A stretch of DNA of 49,352 bases, taken from NCBI GenBank assembly GCA_016186435.1, contig JACPLQ010000020.1, positions 1 to 49,352 of the forward strand, read 5' to 3'. Numbering within the stretch: the stretch's first letter is position 1; each line of letters opens with the position of its first letter. The notes under the pieces are model-generated. The model did no database searches. It was not told the origin of the DNA and saw only the letters and a list, made by a program, of their open reading frames with translations. Positions 22,215-32,438 of the stretch are shown here, one piece after another. This stretch comes from Candidatus Nomurabacteria bacterium. Lineage in GTDB: Bacteria; Patescibacteriota; Minisyncoccia; Phycocordibacterales; UBA9973. The translations under genes and the position numbers were made by a program.

Positions 22215-23240
22215 ATGCAAACAAAAACTATTGAGCGGCTTTTCTTCTTTGGGCTATTATTCACGACGCTTATTTTTACCTTTATGATATTCCGCCCGTT
22301 TTTAATAGTGCTGATACTTGGCATATCATTTTCTATCGTGCTTCATCCCGTCTATGAATGGCTCACAAACAAGAAAATTCCGGAGTGGCTTGCTTCTCTT
22401 CTCACGGTGCTTTTGTTTATCATTCTATTATTGGGACCGCTTTTGACTATAGGGACAATTGTTTTTAACCAAAGCCAGGACGTTTACAGGACAGTAGTAA
22501 GCGAAGGAAGCGCTAAGCCATTTTTAGACAGCATTGAAACTAAGGTCAATAATATATTGCCGGATATGGTGGATATTGATGTCAACCAAAAAACGTCAGA
22601 CTTTATTTCTTACGTTTCGGATAATATTGCTAATATTTTTAGCGCGACACTTTCCGGCTTTTTCTCTTTCCTCCTTATGCTTCTCATAATATTTTATTTT
22701 TTGAAAGACGGAGTAAAATGGAAAAGGGCTTTGGTGTTAATTTCCCCTCTTGGAGACAAGGATGATGAGAAAATAATTTCCAGATTGGCGCTGTCGGTAA
22801 ATGCAGTGATAAAAGGGTCTATGTTTGTGGCTCTTATTCAAGGAACGCTTATGGGAATAGGCCTCTCTATTTTCAATGTTCCCAATCCGGCGCTTTGGGG
22901 AGTCGTAGCCGCTGTGGCGGCCTTTCTGCCGATGATAGGAACGGCTCTTGTGTCCGCTCCGGCTATTATTTATCTCTTTTACATGGGAAGCACAGGCGCA
23001 GCTATCGGCCTTTTAATCTGGGCAGTGGTGGCAGTAGGGCTCGTGGATAATTTCTTAAGTCCATTTATAGTTGGCAAGAAAATACAATTGCCATCGCTCA
23101 TGATATTGTTTTCGGTGCTGGGAGGAATTTCGCTTCTGGGACCTGTGGGAATCCTCATAGGGCCATTAACCATAAGCCTCCTTTACACTCTGATCTCAAT
23201 TTACCGAAATGAATTCTTCAAACAAAATGCAGTTTTATAA
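22215..23240 (+). CDS. AI-2E family transporter (PerM-like permease)
   Basis: 341-aa polytopic membrane protein with an AI-2E/UPF0118-like pattern. Confidence 0.8.
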   Translation: MQTKTIERLFFFGLLFTTLIFTFMIFRPFLIVLILGISFSIVLHPVYEWLTNKKIPEWLASLLTVLLFIILLLGPLLTIGTIVFNQSQDVYRTVVSEGSAKPFLDSIETKVNNILPDMVDIDVNQKTSDFISYVSDNIANIFSATLSGFFSFLLMLLIIFYFLKDGVKWKRALVLISPLGDKDDEKIISRLALSVNAVIKGSMFVALIQGTLMGIGLSIFNVPNPALWGVVAAVAAFLPMIGTALVSAPAIIYLFYMGSTGAAIGLLIWAVVAVGLVDNFLSPFIVGKKIQLPSLMILFSVLGGISLLGPVGILIGPLTISLLYTLISIYRNEFFKQNAVL

Positions 23241-24615
23241 TACTTTAACGCGAAAAAAAGAAGAGTTTTTTCCACTAAATCCCCCAGCTGTAACTTTTTA
23301 TTCCTGCGGACCGACGGTTTATGATTATGCACATATAGGAAATTTGCGAGCGTATGTTTTCGCTGATATTTTGCAAAAAACTTTAGAGCATTTTGAGTAT
23401 AAAGTTAAGCGAGTTATGAATATGACCGATGTCGGCCATCTGACGAGTGATGCAGACGAAGGAGAAGATAAAATGGTAAAAGCGCTGAAGCGCGAAGGCA
23501 AACCTTTTAATCTGGAGGCAATGAAGAAACTCGCAATATTTTACAAAGATAGATTTATGGAGGATCTTGCCAAAATAAATATTAAGAAGCCGGATATTAT
23601 TGCTTTTGCCAGCGACAATATCAAAGAAGAAGCGGAAATGGTTCAAAAACTTTTAGAAAAAGGATTTGCATACAAAACTAGCGACGGAATTTATTTTGAA
23701 ATTGCAAAATTCCCAAATTATTTTCAGTTATCTGGAAAAAAAGAATCAGAGAAAAATACAGAGTCAAGGCTTGAAGAAAATAAAGAGAAAAAAAATCCTG
23801 CTGATTTCGTCCTCTGGAAATTTTCAGATAAAGATGGTCTGGGGTTTGAATCAAAACTTGGAAAAGGATTTCCGGGATGGCATATAGAATGTTCAGCGAT
23901 GAGTATAAAATACTTGGGCGAACAGTTTGATATTCATACGGGTGGAATTGACCATATACCAGTGCATCATACAAATGAGATCGCCCAATCTGAAGCTGCC
24001 ACCGGCAAATCTCCTTTTGTAAAATATTGGCTTCACAATGATTTTCTGGATATGAGCGGCAGTAAAATGGCCAAGTCCGGAGACAGCTTTATAACTTTAC
24101 GAACAATTATTGAACAGGGTGTCGATCCACTAGCTTACAGATTTTGGCTTCTCATGGGTCATTATCGTACTAAAATGAACTTTAACTGGGAAGCCTTAGA
24201 GGGTGCCGAAACAGCTCTAAAAAGGCTCCAGGGGCTCTATGTGGCTCTAGGTAATGAGATTGGAAAAATAAGCACAGACTACCAAAATAAATTCAAGAAA
24301 TATATAGAAGATGATCTGGATACGCCTAGGGCTATTACTCTGTTATGGGACGTGATGAAAGACGAAAGTATTTCTCCTGCCGATAAAAAAGCGACAATTT
24401 TAGATTTTGACAAAGTGCTCGGGCTTGGCTTTGAGAATTTAAAAGAAGCAAAAGAAATCAGTATCCCGGAAGAAGTTAAAGAACTTATGGAAGAAAGAGG
24501 GCAAGCTAGAATAAATAAAGATTTCAAAAAGTCAGACAAACTCCGTAAAAAAATAAATTCTCTAGGTTACGAAGTAAAAGATACCGGAAATGGACAAAAA
24601 GTTTCAAAAATATAA
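23227..24615 (+). CDS. cysS: cysteine--tRNA ligase
   Basis: HIGN motif (YAHIGNLRAY) and KMAKS. The ATG at 23227 (MQFYNTLTRKKE) matches the usual CysRS N-terminus better than 23209. Confidence 0.93.
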   Translation: MQFYNTLTRKKEEFFPLNPPAVTFYSCGPTVYDYAHIGNLRAYVFADILQKTLEHFEYKVKRVMNMTDVGHLTSDADEGEDKMVKALKREGKPFNLEAMKKLAIFYKDRFMEDLAKINIKKPDIIAFASDNIKEEAEMVQKLLEKGFAYKTSDGIYFEIAKFPNYFQLSGKKESEKNTESRLEENKEKKNPADFVLWKFSDKDGLGFESKLGKGFPGWHIECSAMSIKYLGEQFDIHTGGIDHIPVHHTNEIAQSEAATGKSPFVKYWLHNDFLDMSGSKMAKSGDSFITLRTIIEQGVDPLAYRFWLLMGHYRTKMNFNWEALEGAETALKRLQGLYVALGNEIGKISTDYQNKFKKYIEDDLDTPRAITLLWDVMKDESISPADKKATILDFDKVLGLGFENLKEAKEISIPEEVKELMEERGQARINKDFKKSDKLRKKINSLGYEVKDTGNGQKVSKI

Positions 24616-24620
24616 AATGA

Positions 24621-24646
24621 CTATCTTAGACATATGTTTGAGATAG
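24621..24646. terminator. hairpin between convergent cysS and speB
   Basis: CTATCT-tagacatatgtttg-AGATAG. A related sequence occurs at 32971-32994. Confidence 0.4.
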
Positions 24647-24654
24647 TAGGAATT

Positions 24655-25536
24655 TTATTGTTTTCTGAATTTATATCCGATCAGTTTGAAAGCAAGCTTA
24701 GCGACCAGGAAGTCGTAGCCGTGGAAGCCGGACGTGGGAATCGGCGCGCATTCGGCTATGTCGGCACCTACGACATTTTTTTCTCGGGTGACCGCTTCAA
24801 AAATTTCCATCACTTGGTACCATGTGAGTCCCCCGGGTTCGGGCGTACCTGTTGCGGGCATGGTGGACACGTCAAAGACATCCACGTCAAAAGAAATGTA
24901 AACATTTTTTCCGAGCTGGTTTAAAATTTTCTTCAAATCATATTTGTTGCCATAATTTACCTGTTCTTGATTTATGTACGGCTGTTCCGAAAGAGAAGTG
25001 TTACGCACGCCGACCCAGACAATATTTTCCACTCCCCCTTCCTGTATCCGGCGGGCGGCGCAAGCGTGCGACCATTTGGTGCCGCCCCATTCTTCGCGCA
25101 TATCCGTGTGCGCATCCAAATACAAAATTGACAGGTCCGCCCCGCCGTTGGCGGGGTGAAGATATTTTTCTTGATATGCTTTGACGAGTGCTGGTGCGAT
25201 GGAGTGCTCCCCGCCCAAAGAAAGCAAAAATTTGTCCGTCCATGGTTTTGCGCTCTCTTTTATAATTTTCTGGATCTCTTCCATGTCATCGGTTTTGAAT
25301 TCGACAAAAGGCAGGGTCGCTATCTTTATCTTGTTGTCCACCTCGTAGCCCAACTCATGCTCATAGCGTTCCACCTGCTGGGAAGCGGTAATAATGGCCC
25401 GGGGGCCGTTTTTGGTGCCTTTGCCATAACTGACTGTCTTTTCAAGCGGGATCGGTAAAATAAGCGCGTCCGCGTCCTCGGGTGCGACTTCCGGAATCCC
25501 TAAAAAATTATCGGGTATCAATTCGTCATTCGTCAT
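24655..25536 (-). CDS. speB: agmatinase/ureohydrolase-family enzyme
   Basis: Arginase-fold Mn-binding motifs (GGEHS, LDAHTD, SFDVDVFD). Substrate assignment is an inference. Confidence 0.75.
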   Translation of the reverse strand: MTNDELIPDNFLGIPEVAPEDADALILPIPLEKTVSYGKGTKNGPRAIITASQQVERYEHELGYEVDNKIKIATLPFVEFKTDDMEEIQKIIKESAKPWTDKFLLSLGGEHSIAPALVKAYQEKYLHPANGGADLSILYLDAHTDMREEWGGTKWSHACAARRIQEGGVENIVWVGVRNTSLSEQPYINQEQVNYGNKYDLKKILNQLGKNVYISFDVDVFDVSTMPATGTPEPGGLTWYQVMEIFEAVTREKNVVGADIAECAPIPTSGFHGYDFLVAKLAFKLIGYKFRKQ

Positions 25537-25551
25537 TGGAAATTTGTCATT

Positions 25552-26661
25552 TTATATTCCCTCTTTTTTGAGCTCTTCTATTATTTCGCGAGCTTTGCGA
25601 GAAAGTTTCCCGGGAAGTTTTACGCTGAGTTTAATTAGGAGATCGCCGCGTTTATTTTTTGATACCGGCACGCCTTTGCCTTTCACTCGCAAGACCTCGT
25701 TCATCGTCACTCCTTCCGGAATAGTTACTTCTATTTCGCCGTCTAAGGTCTGTATCGGATATTTCGTGCCGAGAAGAGCATCTGAAAGTTTCAAATTTAA
25801 ATTCATCACCAAATCATGGCCGTCGCGCTTAAACAGAGGATGAGATGCTACATTTATTTTTATATACAAATCTCCGGTAGTTCCCTTGGAAATTGCTTCG
25901 CCAAAGCCGGTCATGCGTATCATCTCGCCGTCTCGTATTCCGGCTGGAATAACGATAGAGACTTCCTCTTCGCGTCTTAGCACTCCCTTGCCTTTGCATT
26001 TTTCACAGATTTCTTTTGGAACTTCTCCAGTCCCCAGGCAAACTTCACAGAGTTTTGTATTGGCTATAGTGCCGAAAATTGTTCTTTTCTGTTCATGAAT
26101 TTTCCCCTGCCCGTTGCAGTGTTTGCATGTTTCCATTTTAGAACCAGTTTTTGCGCCGGAACCATGGCAAATGAGACATTCAGAAGTTTTAGTAATTAAA
26201 ATTTTCCTAGTCATTCCAAAAATAGAATCTGAAAAAGAAATTTGAATTTCAGTAGAAATATCTCGCCCTCTCCGAGCCTGCGCTCTGCCTCCCCTCTGAC
26301 CTCCCATTGCCCCGCCAAAAAAATCGCTGAATATGTCATTGAGGTCAAATTCCAAGTTGCCGTTCTGGAATCCCGAAGAAAAATTACTGAAGTCAAATCC
26401 TTCAAAACCGCTACCTTGAGCCCCTCCGTAACTTCGTCCTCCCTGACCCATATTTTCAAAACCCGCGCCAAATTGATCATATTTTGAGCGTTTAGCGTCA
26501 TCGGAAAGAACCTGGTAAGCTTCGTTTACCTCTTTAAATTTTCCCTCATTCCCCCCTTTCTTGTCGGGGTGATATTTATGCGCCAGCTTATAAAAAGCCT
26601 TTTTAATTTCGTCTTTGGAGGCGCCCTTATTTATTCCTAATGTTTCGTAATAATCTTTCAT
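25552..26661 (-). CDS. dnaJ: molecular chaperone DnaJ
   Basis: J domain with HPD (KYHPDKK), G/F region, four CxxCxGxG repeats. Confidence 0.95.
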   Translation of the reverse strand: MKDYYETLGINKGASKDEIKKAFYKLAHKYHPDKKGGNEGKFKEVNEAYQVLSDDAKRSKYDQFGAGFENMGQGGRSYGGAQGSGFEGFDFSNFSSGFQNGNLEFDLNDIFSDFFGGAMGGQRGGRAQARRGRDISTEIQISFSDSIFGMTRKILITKTSECLICHGSGAKTGSKMETCKHCNGQGKIHEQKRTIFGTIANTKLCEVCLGTGEVPKEICEKCKGKGVLRREEEVSIVIPAGIRDGEMIRMTGFGEAISKGTTGDLYIKINVASHPLFKRDGHDLVMNLNLKLSDALLGTKYPIQTLDGEIEVTIPEGVTMNEVLRVKGKGVPVSKNKRGDLLIKLSVKLPGKLSRKAREIIEELKKEGI

Positions 26662-26682
26662 AGATTTTTAAAGAGTGGAACG

Positions 26683-26688
26683 ATTATA
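26683..26688 (-). promoter_or_regulatory. -10 box TATAAT, 21 nt before the dnaJ ATG (26661)
   Basis: Minus strand: TTTTATAAT-cgttccactctttaaaaatct-ATG. Confidence 0.4.
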
Positions 26689-26697
26689 AAAATCATG

Positions 26698-26742
26698 ACC
26701 CTGTTAAATGCCACTTAGGCAATAAAAATTATTTAACAGGGT
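26698..26742 (-). terminator. hairpin between ATPase-2 and dnaJ (12-bp stem)
   Basis: ACCCTGTTAAAT...ATTTAACAGGGT. The dnaJ -10 box follows. Confidence 0.45.
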
Positions 26743-26778
26743 GATGAAAACCATAGTCGCCCGCTCCTTGGTTTTCAA

Positions 26779-28278
26779 TCATATCATAGGTTCGCCTTCT
26801 TGGGAAGATTTTGGCTCATTTTTCTGCGCTTCTCTTTCTTTTCCCTCGGGCTTAGCCTCACGGGCGAGCCTTTTTGCTCTTCCTTCTATGATAGCTTTTT
26901 CTTCAGCGCTTCGGATGATAGTGGCCTCTTCTTCAGCAATAAGTTTTGCGGCATCTCCTTTCGGTATGGAGTATTTTCTTCGTGAAGCAGCTATAATTTC
27001 TTCCCTGCAAGAAGAATGCGTTGGCGGAAGAACTCGGAGGGTTTCTGCCGAAAAAGGATCGTAGGATTCGCCGTCTATAGTCATCTTTACATAAATTTCT
27101 CCGACTGCGAGATTGATCATATCTTTCACGTCAAAGAGCGGAGCAAATTCCGGCTTCATTTTTACCGCATCCTCGCCGCCGATACGAAAAGTTATGATGC
27201 TTCCGCAGTTACCGAGCACAGCCTGATGAACTTTCGGCAGAATCTGTCCCACATATTGATGCGCCATGGTAAGATTGAGACCATATTTCCTAGCCTCTGA
27301 TAAAATATTTTCAAAAGTTTGAGTCACGACATTTTGAAACTCATCCACATATAGATAGAAATCTACCCGGTCTTTTTCCGGAATAGATGCGCGCTCCATG
27401 CCGGCTTGTTTTATTTTTGTTAAAAATATAGAACCCAAAAAAGAAGAATTTTCTTCGCCGAGACGGCCTTTGGATAAATTAATTAGGATAATTTTCCCCT
27501 CATTCATTAATTTGCTAATGTCTATTTTGTTCTGCTTCTGTCCGAAAATATTTCGCAGGAGCGGATCCGAGAGAAATTGCCCGAGCTTGTTCACAAGCGG
27601 GATAATAGCGTCAGTATCAAATTTTTCAGACCAGTCGGCGAATTCAATAGCGAAGAATCTTTTCACCATGTCATCCGTAATATATTCCACGACTTTTTGC
27701 CGGTAATTTCTGTCAGTAAGCATAGAAATCATTCCGCGCATGGTCGCATGCGGATAGTCCAAGAGCGCAAGACAGGTAAAACGAAAAACGTGCTCCAACC
27801 TCGGAGTCCAGTTGGCGCCGAATTGTTTCTGAAAAACTTCTATGAGTCCCTGCGTCAGCTGAAATTTAAACATCGGGTCAACATTAGCGAGCGGATTGAA
27901 TGATGCTGGGAAATCCAAATCCGTAGGATCAATAATACATACATCTTCAATACGCTCTTTGGGAATATAATCCAGCATTGCTTCTATCTCATCCCCGTGC
28001 GGATCTATCAAGCATAGTCCATGGCCATACGAAATATCCTGACGCATAAAAAGTTCAAGCATCTTGCTCTTGCCGACACCGGATTTTCCTATAATATATA
28101 AGTGTCTGCGTCTGTCGACACGCTTGATACCGAAAACGAATTTTTTTTCTTCAAGAGATGCGACATAATTAGTGCGCCCAATAAAAGAAACCTCTTCAGG
28201 CTTGACCTTGCCAAAAACCGGCAGCTCTGGCGGCGGCGGCCCGTATTTTATTATCTGGACTCGATTAGGTTTGGGCAT
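26779..28278 (-). CDS. soluble VirD4/TraG/TraD-like P-loop ATPase, paralog 2
   Basis: Walker A IIGKSGVGKS, Walker B FYLYVDEFQN. Colinear similarity to the upstream 677-aa paralog. No TM segments seen. Confidence 0.7.
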   Translation of the reverse strand: MPKPNRVQIIKYGPPPPELPVFGKVKPEEVSFIGRTNYVASLEEKKFVFGIKRVDRRRHLYIIGKSGVGKSKMLELFMRQDISYGHGLCLIDPHGDEIEAMLDYIPKERIEDVCIIDPTDLDFPASFNPLANVDPMFKFQLTQGLIEVFQKQFGANWTPRLEHVFRFTCLALLDYPHATMRGMISMLTDRNYRQKVVEYITDDMVKRFFAIEFADWSEKFDTDAIIPLVNKLGQFLSDPLLRNIFGQKQNKIDISKLMNEGKIILINLSKGRLGEENSSFLGSIFLTKIKQAGMERASIPEKDRVDFYLYVDEFQNVVTQTFENILSEARKYGLNLTMAHQYVGQILPKVHQAVLGNCGSIITFRIGGEDAVKMKPEFAPLFDVKDMINLAVGEIYVKMTIDGESYDPFSAETLRVLPPTHSSCREEIIAASRRKYSIPKGDAAKLIAEEEATIIRSAEEKAIIEGRAKRLAREAKPEGKEREAQKNEPKSSQEGEPMI

Positions 28279-28286
28279 ATTTTAGT

Positions 28287-28295
28287 ATTATAACA
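28287..28295 (-). promoter_or_regulatory. extended -10 box TGTTATAAT, 8 nt before the ATPase-2 ATG (28278)
   Basis: Minus strand: TGTTATAAT-actaaaat-ATG. Confidence 0.55.
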
Positions 28296-28301
28296 CAGTC
28301 T

Positions 28302-28357
28302 CCTCACCCGATCTTCGGCCACCCTCTCCCTTACTAGGGAGAGGGGCTGGGGTGAGG
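28302..28357. repeat. GC-rich nested palindromic element, family 2 (intergenic, between the two ATPase genes)
   Basis: Outer stem CCTCACCC/GGGTGAGG. Inner stem CCCTCTCCC-ttacta-GGGAGAGGG. Confidence 0.65.
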
Positions 28358-30391
28358 TCATTCCAAAATTTTCCTCAAGACGTCTTCAGGCACTTCTGGT
28401 GGAACAGTTTTTTGAGACACAGGAGCAGGAGTTGGGGTCTTTTGCGCTATCAAATTTTTCAATTTATTCATGTCTTCCGGGGTCGCCGCGCGATCTTTTT
28501 GACGAGACACGGTTTCTTGTTTGACGTCCCGCATTTTGTCTTTGAGGGTATCGAGGGAAATCGGGCTGGGCGCAGAAGCAGATGGCTGCGGAGCTGATCT
28601 GGAGGTATCTTGCAGCGCCTTGCTTAAAACTTCTTTCAAAGCTGAATGGTCGCTTGGTTTGTCTTTGTGTACAACAGGAGGTTTTGAATGAAATACTTTT
28701 TTAACCGCATTAAATATGCCCGACTTGCTTGCCGGAGGTTGTTGCTGCTGCTTGTGTTCTGCTCTTTCCGGATATCTTTCTTTTTCTTCGTGAATTTTGC
28801 CTTCTTTTGGCGCAAATTCTATGCCCAAATCCGCTAAGGGTTTGTAAAATTTTGAGTCATCATACTTTATCTGATTTTCAGAGCCTTTTTCCACTTTTAC
28901 TTCTCCGGATTTTATTTTAGCAATGCATTCTTTGCAGTATACAGGTCTCCCCGGTTCTGGTTTAAAAGGCACCGTCTTTTCCAGCCCGCAAAGCGAACAA
29001 ATTATCTGGAATTTTTCCATGCTTCCTTGCCCCCCTACATAACCCGCGGAACTCACTCCACTTGGTTCCATGTCACCCAAAGACATTCCGCTCCAATTAT
29101 TTATTTCTCTTTCTACATCTTCTTTGGATTTGCAATAAAGTTTACGAGAAGATTCGATAACCTCTTGTTCAATTTTTCTGTCCCCGCCTTTGACCATCTG
29201 CGGCAGAGTTTTCGCGGAAAAAGGACGGGAGGTCACGCCGTCTATCATAAGTTTCATGTACACTTTGTAGTTCGGCAAATTTACTATATCCTGCGGGACG
29301 AATTCAGGCTCAAATTCTTTTTCCAAAAAGTCCGCATCGTCTGCGCCAACTCTAAAAACTATTATCGTACCGACGTTGCCAAAGACAGCGTCGCGCACGG
29401 CAGAACTCTTGTCAGAAATGAGCTGAGCGGTATATTGGTGCGCCACAGTTAGATTTAGTCTATATTTTCTAGCTTCAGAAAGTATTCCGGCAAATGCGTC
29501 CGTCACGAAATTTTGGAACTCGTCAACGTATAAATAAAAATCTTTGCGATGTTCTTCCGGAATGCGCACGCGCTCCATGGCCGCGAGCTGGATCTTGGTA
29601 ATGATCATGCCTCCCAAAAGCGCCGAATTGTCTTCTCCGATGCGTCCTTTGGAAACATTCACCAGAAAAATTTTCCCTTCATTCATCATGTCAAAAATAT
29701 TTATCGTGCTCCTTGTCTGACCAACGACATTTCTGATAATAGAAGTAGAAAGAAACTGCCCGACTTTGTTTTGGATCGGGGCAATAGCTTCATTTCTAAA
29801 TTTATCCTGCCACGCTTCGTACTCGTGCACCCAGAAAGCCTTGATGACCGGATCCTTCAGGTTGGAAATTATTTTCTGGCGATAGTCTTTATCTACGAGC
29901 ATCCTAGGGATGCCGAGAAGCGTGGTCCCCGGCGTATCAAGCAGAGCCAGAATAGTATTATTTAAAATATATTCCATTCTGGCGCTCCAAGCATTCGCCC
30001 AGATTTTCGTAAATATGCCCATGAGCCCCGAGGCCACTAGGTGCTTATATTGCGGATCTATGAGCTCTAGGACGTTGAAACCAATATGGTAGTCTGTATC
30101 AGCAGGATTAAAATAAACGACATCCTTTAAACGATGCCTAGGAATAGCTGATAAAATTGCTTCTACGTTTTCTCCGTGCGGATCCACCATGCAAACGCCT
30201 TCGCCATTCTGGATGTTCTGAATAATCATGTTGAACATGAGCACAGATTTACCTGTACCGGATTTTCCGAGAATATAAACATGCTGGCGCCTGTCTTTGC
30301 GCTTAATTCCAAAAAGCTGATTCTTATCCCGATAAGTAGTAATTCCCAGATAAGTAACGTCCTTATTTACGGGTATTTCCGGAAGTTCCAT
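28358..30391 (-). CDS. soluble VirD4/TraG/TraD-like P-loop ATPase, paralog 1, with C-terminal zinc ribbon and Pro/Lys-rich tail
   Basis: Walker A ILGKSGTGKS, Walker B FYLYVDEFQN. C-terminal CSLCG...VPFKPEPGRPVYCKEC ribbon. Confidence 0.7.
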   Translation of the reverse strand: MELPEIPVNKDVTYLGITTYRDKNQLFGIKRKDRRQHVYILGKSGTGKSVLMFNMIIQNIQNGEGVCMVDPHGENVEAILSAIPRHRLKDVVYFNPADTDYHIGFNVLELIDPQYKHLVASGLMGIFTKIWANAWSARMEYILNNTILALLDTPGTTLLGIPRMLVDKDYRQKIISNLKDPVIKAFWVHEYEAWQDKFRNEAIAPIQNKVGQFLSTSIIRNVVGQTRSTINIFDMMNEGKIFLVNVSKGRIGEDNSALLGGMIITKIQLAAMERVRIPEEHRKDFYLYVDEFQNFVTDAFAGILSEARKYRLNLTVAHQYTAQLISDKSSAVRDAVFGNVGTIIVFRVGADDADFLEKEFEPEFVPQDIVNLPNYKVYMKLMIDGVTSRPFSAKTLPQMVKGGDRKIEQEVIESSRKLYCKSKEDVEREINNWSGMSLGDMEPSGVSSAGYVGGQGSMEKFQIICSLCGLEKTVPFKPEPGRPVYCKECIAKIKSGEVKVEKGSENQIKYDDSKFYKPLADLGIEFAPKEGKIHEEKERYPERAEHKQQQQPPASKSGIFNAVKKVFHSKPPVVHKDKPSDHSALKEVLSKALQDTSRSAPQPSASAPSPISLDTLKDKMRDVKQETVSRQKDRAATPEDMNKLKNLIAQKTPTPAPVSQKTVPPEVPEDVLRKILE

Positions 30392-30397
30392 ACGTTA

Positions 30398-30406
30398 ATT
30401 ATAGCA
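30398..30406 (-). promoter_or_regulatory. extended -10 box TGCTATAAT, 6 nt before the ATPase-1 ATG (30391)
   Basis: Minus strand: TGCTATAAT-taacgt-ATG. Starts 8 nt after the dnaK stop. Confidence 0.55.
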
Positions 30407-30414
30407 CTCGGTTT

Positions 30415-32319
30415 CTATTTTGTCTCATCTTCACCCTCTTTCTTTTCTTTGAATTCAGCATCTTTGACTTCTGATGGCTGTTCCTCGACTTTAGTCGAGT
30501 CCTGCGAAGCTTTAGCGGAGGAGGATGCCATAGCTTCACCTATTTTAGACATTTCAGCAGACAGTTCTTCGGTAGCTTTCTTGATAGCCTCCCCGTCGGT
30601 GCCGTCTTTTACTTCTTTTACGGCAGCAATTTTTTTATTTACTTCGTCTTTTAATTCCGCTGGAATTTTTGCCTCGTTGTCTTTCAATGCTTTTTCAGCT
30701 GTGTAAATGATCATTTCTGCGGTATTTTTTACATCAACTACTTCCTTCTTTTTCTTGTCTTCTTCCGCATGAAGCTCGGCGTCGGCCTGCATTTTTTTGA
30801 TGTCTTCTTCTTTTAGGCCCGAGCTTGCTTCAATTTTTATTGACTGGGTCTTGCCGGAAGCCTTGTCTTTCGCGGTGACGTTCAATATTCCGTTCGCATC
30901 CACATCAAAAGAAACTTCAATTTGCGGCATTCCGCGAGGCGCTGGCGGAACTCCATCCAAAATGAACCGGCCGAGAGACTTGTTGTCTCCTGCCATTGGG
31001 CGCTCGCCTTGTACTATGTGTATTTCTACAGACGTCTGATTATCTGCAGCAGTAGAAAATGTTTGAGATTTATTTGAAGGGATAGTTGTATTTCTTTCAA
31101 TAAGTTTCGTAGCCACTCCGCCCAAAGTCTCAATGCCGAGCGACAGCGGTATCACATCAAGCAAGAGAACGTCGCGCACGTCGCCCTGGAGGACACCCGC
31201 CTGCACTGCAGCGCCAAGCGCCACTACCTCATCGGGGTTTATTGTCAGGTTCGGAGTCTTGCCGAAAACTTTCTTTACTTCGTCTACGATTTTTGGCATC
31301 CTAGTCTGTCCGCCCACCATTACTATTTCATTCATGTCTTCCATTTTAAAACCCGAAGCTGCCATAGCTCGCTTGGTGATCTCTATAGAACGAGTAACGT
31401 ATTCGTCTGCGATTGATTCCAGCTGGGCGCGGGTCATTTTTAAAAGCAAGTGCTGTGGCCCTTCGGCAGTAGAAGTGATGAATGGAATATTTATTTCAGT
31501 TTCAATGGCAGTAGAAAGCTCTATCTTAGCTTTTTCGGCCGCTTCATCAAGACGTTGCAAAGCAAGCTTGTCGCTTCGCACATCCACACCGGAAGTCTTT
31601 TTGAATTCCTCGGCGATCCAGCCGATAACCTTGTGGTCAATATCGCGGCCACCCAAGTGACTGTCTCCATCTGTAGATTTTACTTCTACAACATCATCAC
31701 CTATTTCAAGAATTGAAACATCAAAAGTTCCGCCTCCAAAGTCATAAACAACTATCTTTTCATTTTTCTTTTTATTAAATCCGTATGCGAGCGCTGCTGC
31801 CGTCGGCTCGTTGATGATACGCTTTACATCGAGGCCAGCAACTACTCCTGCATCTTTTGTTGCTTTTCTTTGCGCATCGTTGAAATATGCCGGTACAGTG
31901 ATGACTGCTTCATTGATTTTTTCACCTAGCTTGGCTTCCACATCAGACTTGATTTTGGATAAGATCATCGCGGAAATTTCTTCGGGGCGCATCCATTTAT
32001 CGCCAATTTTTATTTCTACTCCGCCGTTTGCAGATTTTTGAAGTTTAAAAGATGCATTTTTGAGGTCTTTCTGCACTTCCGGATCATCAAAATTATGCCC
32101 CATGAAGCGCTTAATACCATACACTGTGTTTTCCGGATTCGTAACTGCCTGTCTCTTGGCGAGAAGGCCTACGAGCCTGTCTCCGTTTTTAGCGACAGCA
32201 ACAACCGAAGGAGTCGTGCGGTTTCCTTCCGCGTTTTCAATAATTTTTGGCGCTCCGCCTTCTATGACGGCAACTGCCGAATTTGTTGTACCCAAATCTA
32301 TACCTATTATTTTACTCAT
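30415..32319 (-). CDS. dnaK: molecular chaperone DnaK (Hsp70)
   Basis: [18 protein letters not shown]..., 634 aa, canonical Hsp70. Confidence 0.97.
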   Translation of the reverse strand: MSKIIGIDLGTTNSAVAVIEGGAPKIIENAEGNRTTPSVVAVAKNGDRLVGLLAKRQAVTNPENTVYGIKRFMGHNFDDPEVQKDLKNASFKLQKSANGGVEIKIGDKWMRPEEISAMILSKIKSDVEAKLGEKINEAVITVPAYFNDAQRKATKDAGVVAGLDVKRIINEPTAAALAYGFNKKKNEKIVVYDFGGGTFDVSILEIGDDVVEVKSTDGDSHLGGRDIDHKVIGWIAEEFKKTSGVDVRSDKLALQRLDEAAEKAKIELSTAIETEINIPFITSTAEGPQHLLLKMTRAQLESIADEYVTRSIEITKRAMAASGFKMEDMNEIVMVGGQTRMPKIVDEVKKVFGKTPNLTINPDEVVALGAAVQAGVLQGDVRDVLLLDVIPLSLGIETLGGVATKLIERNTTIPSNKSQTFSTAADNQTSVEIHIVQGERPMAGDNKSLGRFILDGVPPAPRGMPQIEVSFDVDANGILNVTAKDKASGKTQSIKIEASSGLKEEDIKKMQADAELHAEEDKKKKEVVDVKNTAEMIIYTAEKALKDNEAKIPAELKDEVNKKIAAVKEVKDGTDGEAIKKATEELSAEMSKIGEAMASSSAKASQDSTKVEEQPSEVKDAEFKEKKEGEDETK

Positions 32320-32438
32320 ATTTTCTTGGCCATCCGTAGCTTTTTAGCACAGGAGGCATAAGGTTATTTTATAATTTGACTAATATTTCGCGACCACGAA
32401 TTACTTGTATAATCCAGTATATATGATAGTATATATCT

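Noticed and set aside
32344-32350. Possible CIRCE (HrcA operator) upstream of dnaK, suggested by TTAGCAC.
   Set aside because: Only one half-site is present. No GAGTGCTAA partner lies at the 9-nt spacing, and no hrcA gene is in the window.
32351-32356. AGGAGG on the plus strand in the dnaK/PaaX-like intergenic region, as a possible SD for a hidden ORF.
   Set aside because: No start codon at a suitable distance downstream. The rest of the window shows no SD usage.
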